This document shows, one piece after another, positions 54,530-64,000 of a stretch of 64,000 nucleotides of DNA (positions are counted from its first letter, which is position 1; every line of letters begins with the position of its first letter). A program made the position numbers and the translations under genes. The notes beneath the pieces are model-generated. The model was given only the letters and a program-made list of their open reading frames with translations, did not search any database and was not told where the DNA came from. The stretch spans positions 11,718,001 to 11,782,000 of the forward strand of contig CM022671.1 in the NCBI GenBank assembly GCA_012295275.1. Direction: 5' to 3'. Source of the DNA: Chrysomallon squamiferum (lineage: Eukaryota > Animalia > Mollusca).

Positions 54530-55814
54530 GGGTAAGGTGGGGCAATTCTGGCCCCCGAGGTATATTATGACTTGCAGCCGCTATACTGCTCTATGCGGAT
54601 TTCCGGAACTTTGTTGATGTAAATAGAACCTTCCTATCTCTCATTAGAACAAAGGATGTAGGTAATCAACTATTTACACATGGGGTATAGTGGCCATGAA
54701 AGTGGTGAAAACAACAAGGTGGTAAAAAAAAAGTGCATTTTGAGTATTCAAAAGTGAGTGTTATTTTTTTAGTCCTATTGTCATAAGTTTAGTGGTAACT
54801 TATAACAGGTAAAAATATAATCAATTATTAAGTACAGTAGAAGAATCTTGATTAATATGTGGTAATTAGGAAAGGAGTGTATGGGTTTTTTTACTCCACC
54901 ACTTGGAGCAATTCTGGCCCCCACATGTGATGGTGAAAACAATAGTTTTGGCACTGACACAGTCCATTCTGAGTTTTATTTAAGATTTTTGAAACAATTG
55001 AAAGTCCACGGACTTTCTGGTGGGGCACTTTGTCAAAGTTCAAATAAAATCAAGAGGATAAGGTATGCCGAGACACTGACAGAAGAAGAAAGTGTCAAGA
55101 GGTATGAAGAAGAGTTGGCAGAGAAGGAGAAGGAGGAAGAAAAGGCAAAGAAAACAAAGAGGCAAAACTACAGCAAAAACCCCAGAAGAAGATACTAAAG
55201 TGAAAACGGCAGTTCAATTTGAATGCTACGGTGGATGCCGTCAAACAAAATGATGATGGTGACGAGCCTGAATTAGAAGACAGAGATGTAGTAGATACAC
55301 CCAAAAAAATGTGAACTCTGCGGCAGAGTTGATGATGGAATGAATTCTGACGAGTTCATAGGATGTGATGGGTGCCCAAATTGGTATTGTCTTCATCCTT
55401 GCACAAACCTCGAAATCCCAGCTGGTGCGGACTTGAAATATTTTGTATTCTTGTGTGATATTTGTCAAGGAGTTTAGTTTATTGAAATTGTGAATATAAC
55501 TTGTATAATGATTAGGACTAATTATCATTAGCAGTTGACAATGATTACATAGCAATAATCAGTACAACACAATACATCATGAATGTGGGGGCCAGATTTA
55601 CCCCAAATCAACAGAGCAAATCTGGCCCCTGACAGCAGTTTTTAACCTGGTTCCCCTTTCAAACGTATAAACACTACGTATGCAGTGTTTGTGTATTTTG
55701 AAGCAGAAATGCATATACTACACATTATTCACTCCATTTTGTTGTTTCCTTTTGTCTGTGAAGCTGTAGATGAGGTTGAATGGAAAAGGTGGCCAGAATT
55801 ACCCCACCTTACCC
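54530..55814 (+). mobile_element. Non-autonomous, internally deleted DNA transposon (Tc1/mariner superfamily, pogo/Fot1-like), retaining the transposase C-terminus and a PHD finger
   Basis: 24-bp TIRs GGGTAAGGTGGGG(C/T)AATTCTGGCC at 54530-54553 and 55791-55814 (1 mismatch); flanks are CA (left) and TA (right). Internal TIR-like copies lie near 54905-54921, 55588-55605 and 55614-55629. Coding remnant AETLTEEESVKRYEEELAEKEKEEEK followed by a Cys-rich finger. Confidence 0.8.
55020..55477 (+). pseudogene. Frameshifted transposase C-terminal remnant ending in a PHD-type zinc finger
   Basis: 55310-55477 encodes CELCGRVDDGMNSDEFIGCDGCPNWYCLHPCTNLEIPAGADLKYFVFLCDICQGV*. It is preceded by K/E-rich and acidic segments in shifting frames, with one shift at the A7 run at 55303-55309. 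Confidence 0.7.
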
Positions 55815-55868
55815 TAATTATTTTTCTTTCCTTCTTTTTTCTTCTTAATTTTATTATTTTATTTTATT

Positions 55869-55911
<43 letters not shown>

Positions 55912-56004
55912 TTATTATTATTATTAATATTATTATTCGTTTTTTTTTAAATTTTATATCTATCTATCTATATCTATATCTATCTATCTATCTATATCTA
56001 TATA

Positions 56005-56072
<68 letters not shown>

Positions 56073-56301
56073 TTTTTTTTGAATATAGGCGAGCAATTTA
56101 TTTATTTTCATACATTTAAAAGGACCAGAAATTTGATCTTTGGCCATTAATGAATTTCCGTTTAAAATAACGTATTGTTGTTATGGAAGAGCCATCACGG
56201 CTACAGTGTTCACAATAACAACCTTGTTAACACATCTGTTTGGTGTCTCGTTGTGAAACGCGAAAGAAATCCTCACTCTCTGAACAATTATGTTCCAATT
56301 T

Positions 56302-56303
<2 letters not shown>

Positions 56304-56380
<77 letters not shown>
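56304..56380. repeat. (TC)n microsatellite
   Basis: Perfect dinucleotide run. Confidence 0.95.
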
Positions 56381-56382
<2 letters not shown>

Positions 56383-56442
56383 GTTGGTGTGTTTCTACAT
56401 CGTCTGTCTGTTTCTCTGTATCTATAAATCTATCTGGCTGTC

Positions 56443-56479
<37 letters not shown>

Positions 56480-56964
56480 TGTGTCAGTACCAGATGCTAA
56501 AGTGGTGACAACAAAAGTGTTCTGTAACAATGGGCTGGTACCAGAAAGTGTGATTTCTGAAAATGTCAAGGATAAAAATACAAAAGAATGCAATTGTTTA
56601 AGGTAGCAGAAAACACGTGATATTTGAATTAGGGGCAGGGGTCTGTTTGAGAAACATGCGGAGTTTGAGAGAACGGGAAACATCTGGGTCGATTTAAACT
56701 AATTACAAAACATATATACGCATTCTCTTAAAAAACTACTTAAAATATAAAACCAGTAATAATAATAATAATAATAGCAACAACAATTAACAAACAACAA
56801 TAATAATAATTTTTTTAGTAGCTGTAGAAGTATTGTTATCATTGTTATTATTTTTAATACTGGTTGCTTTATGTTACTGCAATTAAAATGGCACGGCGAC
56901 AGTGTTGTTGATTTTTTTACAGTTGTCTAAACAAGAGCCAGGTTTGGATATTTCTTTGGCAAAC

Positions 56965-57671
56965 ACGTAACACGAATACGACCCGGTTGTGTGTAAACGT
57001 GTAGCGCCACGTAACACGAATACGACCTGGTTGTGTGTAAACGTGTAGCGCCACGTAACACGAATACGACCTGGTTGTTGTGTAAACGTGTAGCTCCACG
57101 TAACACGAATACGACCTGGTTTGTGTAAACGTGTAGCTCCACGTAACACGAATACGACCTGGTTGTGTGTAAACGTGTAGCGCCACGTAACACGAATACG
57201 ACCTGGTTGTGTGTAAACGTGTAGCTCCACGTAACACGAATACGACCTGGTTGTGTGTAAACGTGTAGCTCCACGTAACACGACTACGACCTGGTTGTGT
57301 GTAAACGTGTAGCTCCACGTAACACGACTACGACCTGGTTGTGTGTAAACCTGTAGCGCTACGTAACACGAATACGACCTGGTTGTGTGTAAACGTGTAG
57401 CGCGACGTAACACGAATACGACCTGGTTGTGTGTAAACGTGTAGCTCCACGTAACACGAATACGACCTGGTTGTGTGTAAACGTGTAGCTCCACGTAACA
57501 CGAATACGACCTGGTTGTGTGTAAACGTGTAGCTCCACGTAACACGAATACGACCTGGTTGTGTGTAAACGTGTAGCGCCACGTAACACGAATACGACCT
57601 GGTTGTGTGTAAACGTGTAGCTCCACGTAACACGAATACGACCTGGTTGTGTGTAAACGTGTAGCTCCACG
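56965..57671. repeat. Minisatellite, 44-bp unit, about 16 near-identical copies
   Basis: Unit ACGTAACACGAATACGACCTGGTTGTGTGTAAACGTGTAGC(T/G)CC starts at 56965, 57009, etc. Confidence 0.96.
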
Positions 57672-57812
57672 GGGACCGCTTTGTTTGTTGAGCTCCCTCA
57701 GCTTTTCTGTGTGTGTGATTTCAAAACAAAGAAAATATTTTGTAGATGATTTACAAATTGAACAATAATATCAATAATAATAATAATAATAACAACAACA
57801 ATAATAATAATA

Positions 57813-57850
<38 letters not shown>

Positions 57851-58794
57851 AATGATGATGATGAAAATAATAATAATAACAATAATACAGATGTTTGTTT
57901 CATAATTATCATTCATTTTTTTTAAATTTAAAATCAAAAAGCTAATTTTATTTACTTATTATTTATATATTTAGTTATAATTTTATTATTTTGATTTTAG
58001 TATATATTATTTACGTGAGAAATGTCTTTTTTTTTCTCTCTATAATAACTGTTTTTGTCGTTGGTGGTCCTTTTTTTTTCATTATTATTATTATTATTAT
58101 TATTATTTTTTTTTTTTTTCAGTAATTCGTTAATTTTTATTCATTTTTATTAGGATAATACTTGTTTTTAAAACTATTATTGTTTTTAATTATTGATGTC
58201 CTTTCGTTTTTGTTTGGATTGGAGGAGGAAGTTGGGGTGAATGTTTTCTTTTAATCATGTTTTGGACGATTTTAATTATTTTTGTTTACTATATTTAATT
58301 TCGATCAACTGAATTGCCCTATATATCAGATGTAATAAATATATAATCTAACTTCTTATTAATTACAAGATTTTGTTCTCACATTAGTGTGAACGATTAT
58401 AAATATAATTTGAAACTGATCCTTAAATAAAACAAATTTGCATGTGTTTATAATGTATATCTCACAATATCCGTAACACAAAGACGTTCTGCTTTAAACT
58501 GAGAGCTTTTCTTAAACCACTTGACGTAGAAATCCAGACATTTGTTTACTTTTCTTCTCTTTTTGTTTTAATCCTTAACTTAGGACCACAGTCACGTTAC
58601 ACGCGCCAACCGCAAATTCCACTTTTTAAATAAAGTTTCCATTCTCTGAACTGGTTCATTTAGTGCTGGATGTTTAGAACTCTGACATTTTCTTTTTGTA
58701 GCTGGATGTAAATAATCTATCTGCAGACTTTTTACTGAATGTAGTTATGCTGACAGCTGATTTAACGTGTGTTTTATTCCCGTATTAAAGTAAG

Positions 58795-58798
<4 letters not shown>

Positions 58799-58877
<79 letters not shown>
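58799..58877. repeat. (CT)n microsatellite
   Basis: Perfect dinucleotide run. Confidence 0.95.
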
Positions 58878-58880
<3 letters not shown>

Positions 58881-59751
58881 TCTCTTTTTCTTTCTCTTCA
58901 CAGGTAGTACTTAATATTGCTAGTAGTGGTTGCAGTTGTAGTAATAGTAATAATAGTTGTAGCAGTAGTAGTTTAGTAGTAGTAATCGTTGTAATAGTAG
59001 TAGCAGTGACAGTACTGCAGTTTAGTGGCAGTAATCTTAATAAGGCCAGTAGTAGCAATACTTTAATAAAAGCTATGAATACATATGTAATATAAATCAA
59101 GCTTATTAAAATATTAATTTAGATTTATTAAATAAAATAAAAACACGAGAATAAATAAGTAAATAAATAAATAAATATTAATAAAAAATATCTAAATTAT
59201 TATTCATTTTATCTGACCGCTCTCTGACTCACTGATATAGGTCATATAACACACAACGTTTTTCTGTACGTAATCATACATAATCCATGTATACGTAATT
59301 ATAAATGAGACTGATAGTCTGTGAATTTTGACACCCAGTTTAAGTGAACTGTATAAAGTGGTGTTCACATATTTGGTGAAAAAGTGATTTGTAATTTGTA
59401 ACTTGCGTCTCTGTTTCTTCTTTCTGTTACAAGTCATAAACATTTATGATGGTTATTTAATGAATACATTCACACACTTGTAACTCAAAAACGTGTAACC
59501 ATGGTTTCAAAACTGGATTCGCTTGGTATGAAAAGACTATGTAATAGTCAACGATTAAAGGGTACTAATATTTCTTGATGTGTGAAATAAAAAGAACATG
59601 AAAGAATTAAGAAAAATGTTATAAAAAGAACAGTGTTAGAACTGTAAATAATTTTAAAACTGTCTTTCATTTTCACTTTGGGCTATTTTTGTAAAACGGA
59701 AAATAACAATAATAACAGCTCTTCCTATAATTAGTACTACTACTACTACTG

Positions 59752-59782
<31 letters not shown>

Positions 59783-60532
59783 GGCTATTAATAATAATAA
59801 TACTCACCATTACTAGCCTACAACCAGCAGAATAATTTTTTTTTTAAAACCCAGCAATATAACAATAACAACAACAACAATAATAATAATAATAACAAAA
59901 TTAACGTCACATACGTTTTAAAATGTTTCTTGTGCGTTTATTTGTTTGTGAGTTCTGTCACGTACGCAAAAATCATTTTATTGTCTATTTGACAAACGAC
60001 CAATGGCAGGACCACATAATGAAACATATTTTATTTGTTAAGCACATGTAAATAACCACACCAAAGCGAGTTCCGTTTTGTACCTTTGGAATTTTGTCCC
60101 TGATCACATGAATGTTAATCGGATGAGTAAACTGATACAATGAGCAATACTCTGAAATATCGAGAAAACACACAACAGTGTTATTATTATTATTTATTTA
60201 TTTGTTTTTATTTTTTTATTTACTTATTTATTTTATTATTATTATTATTATTATTATTTTAATTATTATAATACGCCGTTCTGTTATAAATTATCATGAT
60301 AAATCATTTTTAATTTTGATACGTGCTGTAGTTCATCTCAGAGGGATTGGTCAAAAGTAAAAACTGGAAATAAATCTAACACACGTGACTGTTACAAAGA
60401 TGACTGTACACATCTAACTGTAAAATGGACTTCAGAGTATGTTTAATTATTATGAATTTCAGCCATGCAAATTTTCACGTAATTTTGTAATTAATATAGA
60501 TTTTAAAACCCTGCATAAAGTTATGGTTATTT

Positions 60533-60582
<50 letters not shown>

Positions 60583-61131
60583 GCTGTTCATATACATGCA
60601 ATAAAAATCAGATTTGCTAAAATATTAATTTATAGTAATTAAATAAAGAAAGCGTGGGAAAAAATAAACAAATAAATAAATAAATACATATACAGACATA
60701 TACAGACATATATACACATAATTATACATACATACACGTACACACACGTACACACACATACACACATACATACAGAGATAATAATATTACAGCTGAAAAG
60801 GTCCGAACAGCGGGAGAGTATGTTCGTGTTTCCTGACCGCCTAAATTGTGGTTTGAACCACACACTCACTACGTAGCGCTGTTTGTATTAAAACTATAAG
60901 TATTTATGTTATTTATGTAATCAGTTGTTAAACCCACAGAGAAATGCCACATACTGAAATAAATGATAAACCAAGGATATGTTTTTATATCTTTTATTAT
61001 ACACTGCACGTACTAGCTGTAAGTACTGTTTGAGTAAAAATTACATAGTTTATTTTTGAACTTTTCCCGTTTGTAATAAAATTGTAATTTTGACTCTTTT
61101 TTTTTTCATCTTCTTTATTTTTATAAGACTA

Positions 61132-61185
<54 letters not shown>

Positions 61186-61576
61186 TTGTTGAGTTTGAAT
61201 TTGTTTTAAGAAAGACCAAGATCAAAAAATATTTATTTATTTATTTATTTATTTTTGCTATTGTTGTTTTGTTTTGTTTCTTTTCTTCTTCTTCTTTTTT
61301 TTTTTTTTTTTTAAACTGCCTTTTCTTTCTTGTTTATTTATTTTTACACTGTTATAATAACGATCAGATGTCTCTGTTTTTAGGCGGGAATTCCAGCGTC
61401 CACGTCATAGAAACAGCGAGGAAACACCATCACCTCGTCACATGGCGTCCGCGGTTAGCGTTACAACAATGGAGTACTGTCAAGCATGTTTACACAGATA
61501 ATGTGAATATTAAAGCTGTAGTTGTTCACAAAAGGAAAATCACTGGTCATACTGATTTCAAGAAAGGAGTATATAA

Positions 61577-63503
61577 ATGGAACTGACACGAATATTCAAC
61601 GATCGCTGGTGTTCACAATTTCCCGGAACCCCGCCTCCTGATGTGTTAGCGGAACTCGGACCTGACTGTCATGTCAAAACTCATCCGACTTCAGTCGTTA
61701 ACACAATAAAACGCGCCATCGAGGAGAGTGAAAGGAAAATTAGCACTTTACGAGATCAGCTGACAAAGGAATTGTTTATTAAAGATACCTTAGAAACATA
61801 TGCTAAGGAACTAAACAAACAAAACAATAGTGTTGCTAAACTGTTTTTTGAAAGTAGTGATTTGTGTAATGTTCGGTCTGTTACGAACGAGGAAAGTGGC
61901 TTTGAGCAGTTTAAAGCTGAACTGACCGATGTGTGTGCCATTGAGAATAACAGTGTGTTTGCGAAACACAGGGGTTCTCTGAAACATGTTGAACTGAAAG
62001 ACGGTGAATTGTGTGGTCCTCACTACGATAAAGTTTGGATAGACGGGTGTCGGACAGGAGGCGATAACTCTGACAAACCAAAACACCTGACAAAGGTAAA
62101 TTGCTTCAAGAACAATAAATCAATATTACAGATGGATTCAGAATCAAACAAAGAAAACGGTAAAGAAATGGAGATTAACAAGGAATATGAACAAGTACTT
62201 GTTATTCCATCATCAGTTTTAGACCCAAATGTGTTTGAGGTTTCAGCAGACAACAACTGTTTGAAAGTATTGGATAATAACAGTGACAAACACAGTGAAG
62301 TGACAAGTGCACCAAGTCGACCTGGACCCGCTGTCCCCAAAAAGCCACCAAAACCTTTACCACATCCAAGAAGGAAAGCCTTTGCCACATCAAGCCTGCC
62401 TGTACAGCAGACCTGTCACAGTGACGTATTAGCAGCAAAAGCTCAAACGTATCCTAAAAGCACTCCGTCATCTCGCCACTGGTCGTTTGAACCCAGCGCA
62501 GGTGACAGCGCTGTGCTAGCAGCATGTGCAAGTTTAAATAGAGGGTGTGGTGTTGCAGGTTCAATAGATGATTGTAAATACAAAGATGACTGCCTGCCTC
62601 ATGCTACTGACACACAGTCACTTACAGAAGAAGGGGACACTTTGTTTGTGTCAAACGGTAATTCTCAACTGTCTGCTTCACAAAGTGAATGCACAATGAG
62701 AAAGTTTCATCGAAACAAAAGTGACAAGAAACAAAATGGTGATGGAGTTGAATTTCCTTGTGTTCAGGGAACTTATAGGAAAATCGGCAGTAGTGAGGTA
62801 ATAGTGGATGAGTGTGTTAACCAGGATAAAGCTGACAGGATGTTTCCCTGTTCAGCTGATATGAAAGAATACGAAGAAGATTGTGTTGATGGAAATTTGT
62901 TGTTAGTATATGGTGACCAGAACACAGCCAGTGAGTGCATACAAAACAATACATGTTCATCTTTACTAGACAATGTTTTGTTTTTTAAGGAGGATGAAGT
63001 AGAGGAGAGAGCTAAACCCTCTGTGTGTGTCTATGAGATGGAGGATAAACCAGTCATGAGAAATGTGAGCAAAAATGTAGAAGAGAAATTTCTTGATGAG
63101 GATCAAGTTGATGGTGAGTTTGAAACAAATGAGGAGACTTTTGAAAAAAACCACTCACGAGTTCCAAGTTATGAAAACTGGACGATTGACCGATGTGTTA
63201 CACTTCCACGTTTTGATGATTCTAATGAAAGTGAGGCTGGAGATGACGTGTACGACAATGTGAACGTTCAAGATTCTCCTCTGTCAACTGTACACAAATA
63301 TAATTCTTACAAAGGAAGCAAGGATTCTGGTTTGTGTGATGACCTGTCAGTGAGCGAGACACAGGCTGGAGGGGACAGTGCAACTGCACGTCATGTTCGT
63401 TATTCTGAATTCCCACCCCCACCCCAGTTACTCCTGAGAGACAACTCAGATGACAGTTCAGATTCTGATGACAGTGAGAGTAACAAACAGAGTGACAGTG
63501 GAT
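61577..63503 (+). CDS. BCR: First coding exon of a breakpoint cluster region protein (BCR/ABR)-like gene; the gene continues beyond the window
   Basis: N-terminus FNDRWCSQFPGTPPP...SVVNTIKRAIEESERKISTLRDQLTKELF resembles the BCR oligomerisation coiled coil (FAEAWKAQFPDSEPP...SVGDIEQELERCKASIRRLEQEVNQERF). A long Ser/acidic disordered region follows, as in BCR exon 1. Donor GGA T|gtaagt at 63503/63504; acceptor tgtttttag ends at 61383. DH/PH/RhoGAP domains are not in the window. Confidence 0.8.
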
Positions 63504-64000
63504 GTAAGTAATATATATACTTCATAATACTGCAAAGATATATACTACATTACAGTTATATATAATTTCCACACAAACATACATAAATATATTTTATCAA
63601 AGTACAAAGTTATTTACTTTAGAACATATAAAAAATATATATTTTATATTTATGTTTTACTAGTATTTACTATAAATAATGACGAAGAAAAAATGTGTCA
63701 GAAATTAATTATTCAAATGTGTATGAGTCAGTGTTGGGTCATAGATGTTCGTGTGTTTAGTAGCTGACTGTAGGGCTATATATATTCAACTTTACTCAGG
63801 TAATCTGAGTGTGCCTATCAGGTCAACAAGCTAATTAACACAGAAACTAATCAATCATATACACCTGACAGGTGTTTCTATTTTAATTAACTCATCCCTT
63901 ACATGTAATATGATATTCTGAAGTTTCCAGTTTAATCACATTTTCATTAGCATCTGTTTAACACATACACATGTGAATACAAATACAAATACATGTACAC

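Noticed and set aside
56175-56606. 143-aa ORF and possible exon ending at AAG|gtagca near 56601
   Set aside because: It runs through (TC)n and (TA)n tracts, has a weak acceptor and shows no homology.
56883-57670. 247-aa and overlapping minus-strand ORFs; CRISPR-like appearance
   Set aside because: These are translations of a head-to-tail 44-bp tandem repeat. There are no unique spacers and no cas genes, and the context is eukaryotic.
61756-63422. Minus-strand ORFs overlapping the BCR-like exon
   Set aside because: Antisense shadow frames with no independent motifs.

Overview
AT-rich, microsatellite-dense eukaryotic (animal, probably lophotrochozoan/mollusc-like) genomic DNA; it is not prokaryotic, and almost all ORFs in the supplied track are repeat artefacts. 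I reconstructed three spliced genes by hand. (1) A complete Yippee-like gene (YPEL1/2/3 type; + strand; 4 coding exons, 16244-18399; 115 aa), with a probable non-coding first exon near 10.5 kb, a uORF-rich leader and an apparently ~6 kb 3' UTR. (2) A complete short-form tRNase Z (- strand; 4 exons, 44815-41911; 335 aa). Its motifs match the plant/Thermotoga 'TM-type' (TRZ1-like) rather than animal ELAC1/ELAC2; it has a GC-AG intron and a possible mitochondrial presequence. This is the most unusual element in the window. (3) The large first coding exon of a BCR-like gene (+ strand, 61577-63503). The window also holds a decayed pogo-like DNA transposon carrying a PHD finger, a TIR element with a perfect 8-bp TSD, two TTAA-flanked MITEs, three minisatellite arrays and a 71-bp palindrome. 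All homology calls come from recalled motifs, not database searches.
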